A stretch of DNA of 48,584 nucleotides, from the NCBI GenBank assembly GCA_010405405.1, contig MU004233.1:1687122-1735705 (forward strand). The letters run 5' to 3'. The notes beneath the pieces were generated by a model. It did no database searches. It was given only the letters and a program-made list of their open reading frames with translations, and was not told where the DNA came from. Numbering within the stretch: position 1 is the first letter of the stretch; each line of letters starts with the position of its first letter. Shown piece by piece: positions 11,131 to 25,330 of this stretch. The stretch is from Microthyrium microscopicum. Its lineage: Eukaryota. The position numbers were made by a program, and so were the translations under genes.

Positions 11131-12098
11131 AAATAAAGTAGTTATAATCTTTAAGTAGAAGATATAATTTTTAAGGAAAGGAATTAAAGATTACTATATA
11201 ACTAGCTACTAAGGCGTAATAGCTTTTTCTAACTAGTTAAGATATTACTATTCCTATATCTTGCGCCCTAAGTAAGCTATATATTACCTTTATAGTCTAT
11301 TCTTTCTAAACGTTCTAATTAGCCTTTAATATTATTATTCTAGTCCTAGTAAGTTATAAGTAGAATATACGACTAAGCTTTTATCTCCTAGACCTAGTAG
11401 AAAGATATATCTTTTATATTCGTTATAGCTAACTAAGAAGGTATTTAAGGACTTAGTAGTTACTATTATAAGTAGTTACTAAGGAGTAATAACCTTTTCT
11501 TTCTAGTTAAGATAGCGCTATTCCTATATCTTATACCTTACTAAGTAAGCTATATATTACCTTTATAGTTAAATTAAGTAATTACGTTAATAAATATATC
11601 TATACTCCTAACTAGTTAAAAAAGTAGCTAAGGACTACTTTAAGCTTTATTTATAAGTAAGTAGATTAGATACTTAGAGTAATAATAGTTATCTAAGGGT
11701 TATTACTATATATAGAAACGTTACTTATTAGTAACCTTTATTATATTTAGATATATTTAGCACCTAGATAAAGTAGTAATAATGTTAAGAGTAAGTAAGG
11801 CAAAGTAAGGTAATAGTACCTTTAATAGTATATTAGTTAACTATAATAATAAGAGTAATAGTAAGTAGTATATAAATTAAGTTAAGTTTACGTATAATGC
11901 TCTTTATTATTATAAAGTACTACTATACTTACTTTTATTCTACTAGTCTTTAGGACGTAGACTATAATAATAACTATTACTTTAGTACTATTGTTAATTA
12001 TAGTATTACTAATACCTATACTTAGGACTTCTATTTCTAATCTTACTTTGCGCTTTAAGGCACTGCTTATCCTATATACTATATAATTCTCTATAATA

Positions 12099-12326
12099 TG
12101 TAAGGATCTAACAGGCACGTAATTAAGCAAAGGGTAGATAATATTTAACGATCTAGCGTACAAAGAGAGAAAGAGAGGTAGAGTAGAATCTACGCTAAGG
12201 AAAGAAGAGGGTAATGCTTAGTAAATCCTTAAAGACGCTAGCCCTAATTAGGACTAGCGCTACTAAATCTTTATAAAAGTCTAGCTTAATACTAAAGCTA
12301 TTATACTTTAGTAAGGAATTCTTATA
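12099..12326 (-). repeat. 3' LTR of Gypsy element 1
   Basis: Direct repeat of 19646-19873; begins TG; differs from its partner by transitions only. Confidence 0.93.
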
Positions 12327-15300
12327 TTACTCTCTCCTTTAAAACTAGCGCTCTAAGCTACGTTCTAACCTATACTATTCTATTCTAGGCTAAGCTAGGC
12401 TAATCTAGTCTAGTTTAGTCTAATCTAATCTACTTTATATCTAATAAAGTACTATTTACGCCCTTTTACTATTCTACTATTCTCTAGCCTACTAAGGTAA
12501 CTATCTAGGTATTAATAAACTTAGATATCCTTAGAATACTCTAGTTTATAGCGCTAATAAGGTGCTAATAGTAGCGTACTATAAACAAAATAAATACTTT
12601 TATTTTTCTAACTAGTCGTTTAGTAAACTATTACTATTATAGTTTATAGAGTTAGATATATTAGGTCTAATAATAGATAGTAACTACTTAGGGTTAGGGC
12701 TAGGCTTTATAGGATTACGTTTATAGAAGTTATAGATTAGGTTTACTACGTTCTTAAGGTCTTTCTATAGTTGCTATAAAGGCATATTATAACCTATCTA
12801 TTTTATAAGGTATTCTAACTTCTTATAAGTACTCTTTTTATAGTAGCTATTAAGAATTTTGTTAACTTACTATTCTTCTTCTTTTAGTACTTTATCTACT
12901 ACTACTAGTAGAGAGTTATATTAATATAGAAGCTCTATATTATCTATAATAGTATATAGTAGCTAAACGTAAAATATAAGGTATATCTTTATATACTTTA
13001 GTAAGTTAAGTTTAAATATAATAGCGTTAAGCTTCTTTAAAATATAGAAAAGCTTTACGCTTTTACTATTAAGGATTTTAGACGCGCGTATTATATAGTA
13101 GTTTTAAATATTTAGACGTACCTAGTCTCTAGGTTAAAGATCTAGTACTATACATTAGTACTTATTAGCTTATTTAGCTTATTATGCTTATACCTATATT
13201 AGCTATTCTATAAGATAATTATATATATCTTTATAGTCTTCCTATATCTTATTAGCGTCTTTCTATTCTTATTAAGCTAAAGAGGAGAAGTATTAGTATA
13301 GTGCTAGTACTTAATAAGCTAATTTAAGTCTAGATTTAGGGAGAAAGCTATATTAGATTTTAAAAGAAGTAAAGCCTATTATCATACTAATAGTAGAGTT
13401 AATAGTAAATTCTATAAATAGTAGTAACTAGACCTAATTATTCTAATTCTAGTTAACGAAAATATAAAGATATTACTTAAGTACTAATATTAAGATCTCT
13501 ATAATCTTATTAGTTTATAGGTACTATATAGTACTTAGCTATAGTACTATACCTACTTAATTATATAACTATTTCTAAAACGTTAAAGTAAACTATAACC
13601 CTTTATTTAATAGAATTATATTTAGCTATCTAGTTAACTTCTAGACTTAATTAATAAATATAAGAACTATTATCTTAATAGAGAAATTAGATAGAGAGAT
13701 GAAGTATTATTAGTAGGTATATTAGTCTATAATAACTATAATATAATAAAAAGTAATACTTAAATAGGTATACTAGGGTAAAGAGATAGTAAAGTTAATT
13801 AAGATATTTAATTATATTTATTTTAGTAGAGGGAAGGACTAAAGAAGTCTTTACTTCTTTTAGTAAATTAGTTTAGTAAAGATATATTTATATTTTAAGA
13901 TATACTTCTTTATGTCCTATAATATATATAGTTACTAGTAATCTTACTAGAGCTAGTAATAAGTAGTTACTAAGCCTTTATAGCTTATAACTTTATAGTA
14001 GTAGATATATATTATAGTATAATAATAAAGTTTACTTTTAGGTATTAGAATATATTAGCAATAAAGGACTAGGCCCTTTACTAAGATTATATAGTTACTA
14101 AGCTTAATATCTTATTATTTTAAGATACTAAAGAAGAGATATAATAATCCTTCTTACTTAGTATAGTAAATAGTATTTAGTAATATATTATCTTTGCCTA
14201 CTTCTATTATCTCTATTAAAAACTAATTGACGTTAAAATCTAGGGATTTATTAAGCTTTAAGAAGTTACTCTTAGGCGCATTCTTAGGCTAGTCCTTATT
14301 ACTAAGGTTCGCTATTATAAGGTCCTCTAATAACTCTCCTACTTTAGTAGAGAAATCTAACTTATTTATAATAATAGTAGTAATCTATATAAGAGATAAC
14401 GTAATAGGTTTAACTAATAGGCGTACTATCTTAATTATATATATAGTATTAAACTAGTAGGGAAAAAGTAGAGAGTATACTTAGTACTAAATATATAGAT
14501 TATTATTACTTTAGGGAAAATCTTAAGAGCACTAAGTTAGTACGTTTACTTTTTTATTAGCTAGTTTAGGATAATATATAATCTTAAAGTAAAATTATAA
14601 TAAAAACTCTACTTAGTATACTTAATAGTATAAGAGCTTCTTAATAGTTATAAATATCTATAGATTTTAATAGTTAGAGAATACTTTAATAAGATTATTA
14701 GTAGAGAATAACTTTAGTTTCTATTCTTTAAAAGCGCGTACGATTATAAGAAACTCTTTATTATAAATATTATAATTATACTTAGCTAGAGATATCTTCT
14801 TTAATAGGAATGCTATAGGATATAGATCTCTATTATTATCTTTTTAAAATAATACTCTTACATATACTTAGTCTAATATATTAGTTTTAAGCTAGGTTTC
14901 CTTAGTATAGTTAAAGTATTTTAAAATAGGCGCTATTATAAATGCCTTTTTTAGTTTATTAAACGTCTAGTTCTTAAGACCTTTAATATTCTATAGGAAG
15001 ATAGTTACTATATCCTTCTTCATTAGAGCTATAAAAGATATAGTAATTTCTAAGTATCTTTATATAAAACGATAATAAAAGTTAGCAAAATTAAGGAAGG
15101 CTTAGACGTCTTTTATATATAATAGTCGTTCCTATTCTAGTACTAATTCTACCTTTACTAGGTTTATCTTAATATCTTCTATAGTAATAATTAGCCTTAG
15201 ATATTTTATTTCTATAGTAGTAAACTCTAATTTGTAAATATTAAAATATAGACTAGCTTTCTTTAGCTTATTAAGCACTAAGTATATATAAGTTATATAT

Positions 15301-18300
15301 TCTTTATATATCTTACTAAAAATAAGAATATTATCTATATAGACTATAATAAAGTCATTAAGATATTTTATTAGGATATAGTTAATATATACTTAAAAGG
15401 TATTTAGAGCATTTATTAACCTAAAGGGCATAATAATAAACTCGTAGAGACTATATTATATAGAGAAGGCTATCTTATACTTATCTCTAAGTTTAATTTA
15501 TATTTACTTATAGACTATAATAACGTTAAATTTATTATAGTATTACGCTTAATATAGCTTTACTAAAGTATTAAGAAGTAATAGTAGTATATTCTTATTT
15601 TTATAAGAGATCTTATTAAGTCCTTAATAATTAATATAGACTTAAATGCTACTATTAGGTTTATATGCGTATAGTATTAGTATTATGAAATATAACTTTA
15701 ATAGGTATATAAAACCCTTTCTTAATAGATTCTTTAAATACTATTTAATAATAATATTCTACTTTAGGTTTATATTAATATTATATCGTTTTAGTATTAT
15801 AGCGTTTAGAATTAAATTAATAAAATAATTAAATTTTAGGCAGTAGAGTAGTAATTTATCTACTTTTTATAGATTAAAGACTTTAAGATAGCAATAGAAT
15901 TCTTCTAAAATTATTTTATAGAGTTCTTTATAAGTAAAATAAGGTTATTTATGCTTCTCTTACTACTTCTTAAAGTTATACTCTAAGATAGCAAATAGGT
16001 TAATTGCTACGTTATTTATAAAGAAGATTAAGTCTAATATCCTTAAGAGGTTAAATAATTCTAGTTCTTCTATTAAAGGATTCTTTAGTAAAGGATTATT
16101 TAGTAGCTTCTTTTCTTTAGGCTTAGTAAAGTCCTTAGGATAGAGAACTTCTACTTTCTATCCTTATCGCTTTATTAATATTACTATAACGCGTATAGAT
16201 ATAGCTACTACTTTCTTATTTTTTAGAAATTTTATAATAAAATTATATTAACCCTAAGTATTAACTTTAATAGGGCGTTATATTAGAATATAGTTATAAA
16301 GGTAACGATAAGAGTTAAATATAATAATCTTCTCGCCCTTTTTTAGGTAGACTTTATAAAGTTAGATCTAAGGGTCGCTAAGAATAAGATTATAAGTAGC
16401 TACTTTTATAATAAAATAGTATATTTATTTAATATAACTTTTAATATATATAGTAACTAGTATAGCTTTATTAATTTTAATAATAGTCTTCCTATTCATA
16501 AGCTCTACTAAATATAGTTAGTTAAGTTATATTTTTAGTATATTATACTATTTAATAAAGTAAATATAGATAATTCTAAGTATACTACTACTAATATTAA
16601 TTAGTACGTTATACTTCTTAAAGGTATTAGCCTTTAGAATTAGTATACTCCTAACTATTATTTATTATAGTTCTACGAAAAGTATATAGTTAACATTATT
16701 TAGTAGTAGCTATTTTAGATTAATTGCTACTATAGATAGTTAAATAATATAATATACCTTTAGTAGTAGGTTTAAATTTGCCTACTAGGTTTCTAGCTCC
16801 TAAATCCTATCTTAAATCTAGCCTAACTCTTATTTCTTTTATTAATTATATATTTCTTATAAGTTTAGCTTCTCTTTACGTTAATAAGGTAGAGCATTTA
16901 GTTTAAATACTTATAAAAGTATATATTAAGTATTTCTACTTATAAAGCGTTCGCTATAGCTATAAGTATAGCAGAAACCTTTAGTTAAATTTTGTTATCT
17001 ATTAAGCAAGCCTTTTATTTATAAGGAGTATCTTTCTATCTTAAGGTATAACTCTTTTTACTATATTTAGGGTACCTATTCTACGCTTATAGAGCTAGAA
17101 AGACATTATTAGGGCGGCGTAGACACTTATTATTATTCTAATTATTATTATTATAGGCGTCTCTATTCTAGTTCCTTAAATTATTAGTTAAGTTATTATT
17201 ATTAGCACTACTACTATTAGAGTTATTAGTATTAGAATTATTATTATTATTCTATTTTAGGAAGTTTAGGTCTTATTCTATATCGTATAGATATATATAG
17301 AGTTTTAGATAGGTCTTAATATTACGTTTTATTAAAGGGTAGACAAATTATTTTAGGAAAAGTAAGCATAGTTTAGTAACTTTATTACAATCCTTTAGGT
17401 CTACGTCTTTAGTCTTTTCTAAAAAGTAGCTTAAGAATTCTATTAGGTCTTTTATAATTTTTATCTTAGTATCTACTAAATAGAGCTATTACTTTATAAT
17501 ATTATATTTATTTATTACTTTATTATAAGTATCTAGGTCCTTCTATATATTATTAATAGTAAAGTAAAAGCTTATAGAGTTACGGCCTAAGTAATATAAT
17601 ATTAAAGACTATACTAGATTATCTAGGTTATTATAGATAAACTAAATTTTCTCCTTATTAGTTAGGTAAAACTAAGTATCTTCTTCTAGAATATTTAATA
17701 CTTAATCTTTCTATTAATAGTATTTACTTTTATCTTTATTATTATATTATTTAATTATACAACGAGGTTAACTAATATATAGAGTAGTATCGTTTAAGGG
17801 ATTAGACCTTACTCCTAAGAAAGGTAATATAAAACGTATTTATACTAGGTTAGTTTAAGTAGCTATAGGTTAATATAGTATATTACGAAGTAATTTAGCG
17901 TTTTCTTTATCTTCTAGGCATATAAAAGCTAGTATATTATAAAGTTTTATAAAGGTTAGAAAATCTTATATCTACTATTCTATAGTATAAAGACGTTAAG
18001 TAAGGAATTCATTTTTAGTATTAAGGTTTATAATAGTAGTATTCTAAAGTTATATTTACTTATAGTATTCTTAGAGTTATTTTATATAATATACTAACTT
18101 TATTTCTACGAAAGTAGTATAGTTTTTAATTACTTAAATATTATACTATAGTTAATAATAATTAGAGATAAGTTTATAGTAATTAATTATACTAATCTAA
18201 AGTTCTTTAACTTCTAAGAAGAGCTTGTCTACTTTTGCTTTATAGTTAACTATAGAGCCTTTTAGGTTATCTACCTTATTTATAAGATCTTAGATCTTCT

Positions 18301-19645
18301 CTAAGGACTTAGTATTTTAGATATTACTTTTTCATAATTTATTATAATAAAATTAGTAGTATACTACTATAGCTTAGTTTATAGCTAAGATAGTATAAAT
18401 CTAATTAAATAGGAGTTAAGGATCTTTTTATATAACTTCTCACTTTAGCTCTTAAGTATTATAAATTAGATAGTAATCTTTAAATACCTTAATAGTAGGA
18501 TTAGGTTCTTAATAATAGAATAGTAGTAATAGGTTTAAGGGACCTTCTAGTATAGCTACTTTTAGATCTTCGTAGGCTTATATTTAGAGAGGGCCTTAAA
18601 AGACTTAGAAAAATATAATACGTACTATATTATTAATTATTAAGTAGTTATTTTAGAAAGTTAGAGAGACTTCTTTATAATTATTATTTTAGAGCTATAT
18701 TTCCTATAGCTAGACTAATATAGTAGAATAGATTCCTTTAAATATCTTTTCTTCTTTTACTTTTTGTATATTTTTATAGAAAGCTAAAGGTATTACTAGA
18801 GCAACTAGTTCTACTAAGGGCGTAGTAAATACTATAGTTTTAATTAGTTATAGGAGTTTGCTACTAAGTATACGCTAAATAGGTAATAGGATTAGCTTCT
18901 AGTTTACTTAATTATAAGTAAATAGATTAGAGAGTAAGAAGTCATTATCTTTATTAGAATTAGTATAAGATAGTTGGCGCGTACTCTTTTCTTATTAAGA
19001 AGTCTAAATAATAGCTTACGTAGAGTTTTATATATTTATTATTACTTTCTTTATAAATAGGCCTTTAGGATCTTAATCCTAATAGTAGCTAATAATTAAT
19101 ATATAGTAGCTCTAAGAAGGGCTTAGAACTATTTCGTCTTAGCGTTAAGGAGATATAGACTACGATTAAGAGTAAGTAGTTACGTTAAGGCTTAGAGGCG
19201 CTAAGGAAGGAAACTCTTTAAGAGGGTCTATAGTTTTATTAATAGGTAGCTATATAGGGGTAATAATAAGTAATAATAATTAGATAATTTCTTAATTACT
19301 AGAGATAAATAGATAGATAGATTAAGGATAATTAGAATATAAGTTAGTAGTATAGAGAGAGGCAAAAGAGCAAAGGTTCTATATAGCTAAGTAGAAGGGT
19401 TTTAAGAGCTTAGACTATTATAAGATTTAGGTATTTATATTAAATACCTTATTAAAGATAATTAATTAGTATTTTAGAAAGTAGTAAAGATATGCTACCT
19501 AATTATATTAAGGAGTCTATAAGTAAGAACGCGCGTAAGCTATCTTTTAAGTATAGGTTCTAAAATTTAGGAGCACTAATCCTTAAGGATAAATGTATAA
19601 ATAATTTTAAAGTTAATTTTTTAGTTTAATAAGTACGCTAGATTA

Positions 19646-19873
19646 TATAAGGATCTAATAAGTATATAATTAAGTAAAGGATAGATAATATTTAACGATC
19701 TAGCGTACAAAGGAAGAGAAAGAAGTAGAGTAGAATCTACGCTAAGGGAAGAAGAGGGTAATGTTTAGTAAATCCTTAGAGACGCTAGCCCTAATTAGGA
19801 CTAGCGCTGCTAGATCTTTGTGAAGGTCTAGCTTAATACTAAAGCTATTATGCTTTAGTAAGGAATTCTTATA
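19646..19873 (-). repeat. 5' LTR of Gypsy element 1
   Basis: Direct repeat of 12099-12326; followed by TSD TAATA. Confidence 0.93.
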
Positions 19874-19924
19874 TAATAAGGTTCTATATACTTACTATAT
19901 TAAAGGTAAGATATTACTCCTACT

Positions 19925-22080
19925 AAGCTATAAGTAGCCTAGTTATTATTTTAATTATATAATGCTACTTGCCTCTTTATATAACTAGTAGAGTTAGAAA
20001 TTTATTTATTATTTCTAGTCTAATAGAGATTAATATTAAAGACTAGTTATAGTATACTAAAGAAGTCTTTCCTACTTTATACTACTTAAAGAGTATTATT
20101 AACTTCTTTCTTTCTTAAATTATCTTTCTTATAGGAATAAGAGAGTTTTCTTTAAAAATTTCTATATTTAGTACTATTATATAGCTATTAAACTAGGTAA
20201 GGATACTTAAGTAATATAGTAAAGGAAGAACTATCTTAAGCTTTATCTATAGGTAGGTAGATTAGATATTTAGAGTAATAACTAGCATTTATAGTAGTAA
20301 ATCTATTTAGTATATCTAATTATGCCTATAGTATACTCTAAAAATTCTATATAAAGCTTTATAACTCTTAATACTATATGTCGTCTAGAGGTTATTACTA
20401 CGTATAGGAACGTTACTTACTAGTAACCTTTATTATATTTAGATATATTTAGTACTTAAATAAAGTAGTAACAATATTAAGAGTAGGTAAGGCAATAGTA
20501 CTTTTAGTAATATATTAGTTAACTATAATAATAAGAGTAATAGTAAGTAGTACATAAATTAAGCTAGAAGTAGCCTAGTTATTATTTTAATTATATAGTA
20601 CTACTTATTTCTTTATATAACTAGTAGAGTTAAAGATTTATCTACTATTCCTAATCTAATAGAAATTAATATTAAAAACTAGTTACAATATACTAAAGAA
20701 GTTTTTTCTACCTTATGCTACTTAAAGAGCGCTATTAACTTCTTTCTTTCTTAAATTGTTTTTCCTATAGAAATAAGAGAGTTTCCTTTAAAAATTTTTA
20801 TATCTAGTACTATTATATAGTCTATTAAGCTAGACTTAAGGAGCTTCTAGTAGCGTTCCTAACTCTAGTAGTTTATATATATATTAAATTTAAAGTCTAA
20901 AGAATTTACTAGGTAAAATATATTTCTAGTATAATTTTACTTAATAATAAGAAGAAATATTTAATATACTATAAGCCTCTATAAATATCTTTAATAAGCT
21001 ATTAAACTAAGTAAGGATACTTAAGTAATATAGTAAAGGAAAGACTACCTTAAGCTCTATCTATAAGTAGGTAGATTAGATACTTAGAGTAATAATAGTT
21101 ATTTAGAGGTTATTACTACGTATAGGAACGTTACTTACTAGTAACTTCTATTATATCTAGATATATCTAGTACCTAGATAAAGTAGTAATAATATTAAGA
21201 GTAGGTAAGGTAATAGTACCTTTAGTAGTATATTAGTTAACTATAATAATAAAAGTAATAGTAAATAGACTAGATTTTTTTAAATATTTCCTTAGATATT
21301 TTAGTAGCGTCCTATATAGGCTCTTCTTTTAGGATAAAGAAAGAAGTTCTCTTATAATAGATATAGTTAAAGAATACTATATAAAGCTAGAGTTAAAGGT
21401 TTAGTATCTTTATAATTCTTATATTAGTAAAAACTTAGTAATCTAATAAATATTATTAAGAAAAGTAGCTATCCTTAAGTTAATAGAAGTATATTAATTA
21501 TTAAGGTAAGAAAGCCTATATTATAGTAGTAAGTATTTTCCTAGTCTAAGGCTAATAAATAAATTAGGTAATAAAGAAGCTTTTGTAAAGAAGAGTAGAA
21601 TATTTAATAATATTAGAATTATTAACCTACTAATATGCTAAAAGTAGTTTAATTATAGTATTATAAAGAATTCTTATAAGCTAGGTATTAGTTTTAGTAA
21701 TAAAGTAATTAGAAAATTTTAAGACTCTAAAGCATTTATTAGTAAGTAATGCTTCTAGAATATATATTAGCTAATTATTAATAAATCTTGTATACCTATA
21801 GGTTATATCTTCTAAGTTAAGAACTATAAAGGTTAATTTATTAACTAAAGTAGTTAAAGAGTTTACATATTCTATACTCTTTACTACTAAGTCTATTTCT
21901 TATTAACTTTACTTTTTTTTTAAGTATTTAGTATATGCTCTTATAAAGTTAAAGTATAAAACTAAGTAATTACGTTAATAAATACGTTTATACTCCTAAC
22001 TTATTAAAAAAGTAGCTAAGGACTACCTTAACTTTATCTATAAGTAAGTAGATTAGATACTTAGAGTAGTTATTTATAGT
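19925..22080. repeat. Modular RIPed repeat (about 636-bp tandem duplication plus modules shared with 11570-11880)
   Basis: AGTAGCCTAGTTATTATTTT at ~19933 and ~20569. Module GTAGATTAGATA(C/T)TTAGAGTA..TTAGTTAACTATAATAATAA at ~11660, ~20257, ~21071 and (first part only) ~22048. Confidence 0.8.
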
Positions 22081-22449
22081 AATAATAATTACGTTTATCT
22101 TAACTCTAATATAATTAAGATTATTTAGGTACTAGACTTATTTTTAATATTATTACTTAAAGCTTTAGTAGTAGAATTATAGCCTTTAAATATTTTTATA
22201 GTAGGTATAGTAGTTAGTACTTTAGAAGCTTAGGTAAGTAATAGCAAAGAATAACTTAGTAATTAAATAGCTTCTTAACGTCCTTAGCTTAGCTAGCTTT
22301 TATAAGCATATAAAGAAATTATAGCTATTAAGTATACTCTTAAGAGTAAGAAAATAGGCTTCTACTAAAATATTTAGACTCTTATTATAGATATAGTAAA
22401 GCTAGGATAGCTAGTTATTAATAAATTACTAGATAAGGATAATAATTTA

Positions 22450-23172
22450 TAAATAGTAGGTAGTTATAGCTTATACTAAATATAAAAACTTTATATTAGT
22501 TTCTTAAATATAGAATTAGGATTAAGTAGTAACTTCTTATTAGAGGAGTAGCTATTATTAATATTAGCTAAGCTATATATATCCTTTGCTTATATAACTA
22601 TTTAGCTAGCTTTATTCTTTTATTCTTTTAGATAAGTTAGTTTTATATAAATATAAAATAAGAACTAAGCTAATTTATATATATTAGTAGTACTATAATT
22701 ACCCTAATAGGATATTATAAGCTTAGGTAGTAGTCTACTAGAGTAGAAAGCTACCCTACTAATGTTAATATTAACTAATATATAAAAAGTTATAAGTTAA
22801 GTACTAGTATAGATAGTAAGTAGTTATAGCTTATACTAAATATAGAAACTTTACGTTAGTTCCCTAAGTATAGAATTAGGGTTAGGTAGTAATTTCTTAT
22901 TAGAGGAGTAGCTATTATTAATATTAGCTAAGCTATATATATTCTTTACTTGTATAACTACTTAGTTAGCTTTATTCTTTTACTCTTTTAGATAGGTTAG
23001 TTTTACGTAAATGCGAAATAAGAACTAAGCTAATCTATATATATTAGTAGTACTATAATTACTCTAATAGGATATTATAAGCTTAGGTAGTAGCCTATTA
23101 GGGTAGAAAGCTATTCTACTAACGTTAATATTAACTAATATATAGAAAGTTATAAGTTAAGTACTAGTATAG
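22450..23172. repeat. Tandem duplication, 360-bp unit x2
   Basis: AGTTATAGCTTATACTAAATATA at 22462 and 22822; the copies are colinear. Confidence 0.9.
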
Positions 23173-24020
23173 TATCCTTAGAGAGCTAATAAGCTGCTAT
23201 TAAGATAAAGCTATTATAGATTAGCTCTAATAAATAGAAAGACTTTTTATAGTCTAATTATAGCTATATTTATATTAGATTAGTAAAAGTAATTAAAGAA
23301 TATATTAAGAAGTTAAAGAAAGGTTAGCTAATTATTATAGCTAGTATTAAATACTATTTTAATTAATATAAACTAAATAGCTACTAAGATATTTATTATA
23401 GGAAGTAGTAGCTAAAGGTAATTTTTTAGCTTCTTATAACTCTACTATAATTTGCTAGCCTAATAAAGAATTCTTTTAAGATAAGCTATCTACTTTTTTT
23501 TTATAATATAATATAGAGTTAGTTAAATACTTTACTTAGTTTGCCTAGAAGAGACTATCTTATTAGTAAGTACTTCTTAATATTAGAAATCTACGTCCTT
23601 AACTATTCTACTAAGTTAACTATAGTCTAAGAATAGTAAATTTACCTAGTTAACTTCTAATCTAGAAAGGTATACTTAAAATGCTTCTTTCTATTTACTA
23701 ATAGTAAATATATTACTAAACTACTTAATATTTATAATTTTAATAGTATAAAAGTTATATAGCTATACTAAATATTTATATATATACTATTTATATACTA
23801 TATATAACTAAAATTATTTATTAAGTATATATAGGTAAGGAATAGTACCTACTTATATAAAACTATATAGCTATTTCTATATCTTAATAAATATAAGCTT
23901 ATAGAAAGTAGTTTTACTATATATAATAATATAATATTAACTAAATAGTAAATAAAATAAAGCTTTATAACTTCTTTACGCTCTTATAGTAGATAAGTAT
24001 ATAAATATATATAGTTTATT

Positions 24021-24130
24021 ACTAATTTAAAAAGGTAAGAGTTACTTAGAACCTTATTTATTATATTTATTATAATACTAATTTAAAAAGGTAAGAGTTA
24101 CTTAGAACCTTATTTATTATATTTATTATA
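24021..24130. repeat. Tandem duplication, 56-bp unit x2
   Basis: ACTAATTTAAAAAGGTAAGAGTTACTTAGAACC at 24021 and 24077. Confidence 0.9.
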
Positions 24131-24696
24131 AAGAAAAAGATTATAAAGTAAGTATATATCTTATATAATTAATTTAAAGGAACTAAGTAAGTATAGAAAG
24201 TAAAGTAAAAAAGAAAAATAAGCTACTTATGCTTAGCTATTAATCTTTCTTATTCTCTATATAAAGAGCATCTATAATATAAGAAAATAGGGTTTCTTTT
24301 ATTTTATATATAAGGTTTAAAGTCTTAGGTAGTTATAAGGAAATATACTTTTTTAAGTATAATAGTACTTTAGTATTATATTATATAAAAGCTATTAAAA
24401 TAACTTTAATAAATATTTTCTTTATACTTAGGCTAAGTAGAAAGTAAAATAAAAAGAAAAAGAGAAAGTTAAATTAAGTTAAAGCTAAAAAAAAGATTTA
24501 AGAAGAGTACTATCTTAACTAAAAAGGAAAGGTTATTATATTTTAGTAACTACTTTAGTAACTACTAAATCTTTAAATATCTACTATTTTAATATAGTTA
24601 AAAATAATTTTTATTTAGGGTTTATCTTTTTACTACTTTAATTTTTATATTCTCTAACTTAATAAGCTCTTTATATCTTATTATAGTAATTATAAT

Positions 24697-25330
24697 AGCT
24701 ATAAAAGTAAATTTTATAGTAGTTAAAGTAGAGGTAAGTTTAATAAAGAAAAAGGTAATAGTTATAGAAGTAAATTCTATAGTAGTTAAGATAAAGGTAA
24801 GTTTAATAGAGAAAGAAGTAGTAGCTATAAAAGTAAATTTTATAGTAGTTAAGATAGAGATAGGTTTAGTAGAGAAGGAGGTAGTAGCTATAAAAGTAAA
24901 TTCTATAATAATTAAGGTAAAGGTAGGTTTAATAGAAAAGGAGGTAGTAGCTATAGAGGCAAATTCTATAGTAATTAATATAGAAGTAGGTTTAATAAAG
25001 AAGGAGGTAGTAATTATTATTATTATTAATTATGCTTTTTTTAATATTTACTTAGTAGCTTTAATAATAGCTTAGCTATATCTTTTATTTTTATCTCCTC
25101 TTTTCTTATTATTTCTAAACTTTAATATAACTCTACTACTTTATTTATAAAGCTAACTAAAATATTAAAGGCCTTAGGATATATAGAATATATAGTAGAG
25201 ATAAATTCTATAATAGTTAAGGTAATAATAGAGAAGGAGGTAGTAGTAATAAAGATAAGTTTTATAGTAGTTAAGGTAAAAATATAGAAAAGCTAAAGTA
25301 GTAGCTATAAAGGTAACTTTTATAGTAATA
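24697..25330. repeat. 63-bp minisatellite (5 copies plus degenerate copies at ~25190-25330)
   Basis: Unit AGCTATA(A/G)AAGTAAATT(C/T)TATAGTAGTTAAG..GAAGGAGGTAGT with a period of 63. Confidence 0.85.

Larger units (their letters stand above)
12099..19873 (-). mobile_element. Full-length Ty3/Gypsy chromovirus LTR retrotransposon (7775 bp), RIP-inactivated
   Basis: 228-bp LTRs at 12099-12326 and 19646-19873; TSD TAATA (12094-12098 / 19874-19878); PPT beside the left LTR. De-RIPed minus-strand motifs: protease ALIDTG (~16600), RT KTAF..YEF.VMPFGLTNAP and VYIDDILIFS (~15320-15480), integrase LSTAWHPQTDG (~13500), chromodomain EYLVKW.GY...WQP (~12800). Confidence 0.93.

Noticed and set aside
11888..12163. 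91-aa minus ORF
   Set aside because: Spans the LTR junction in RIPed DNA; I/Y/N/K-rich chance ORF.
12688..12699. TTAGGGTTAGGG telomere-like dimer
   Set aside because: Only two units, inside the Pro-encoding end of the element 1 pol (antisense).
15646..15828. 60-aa plus ORF
   Set aside because: Antisense to the RIPed RT region; chance ORF.
16770..16776. TTTAAAC slippery heptamer upstream of the element 1 protease
   Set aside because: The gag Cys region and protease are already in the same frame, so no shift is needed; likely a RIP by-product.
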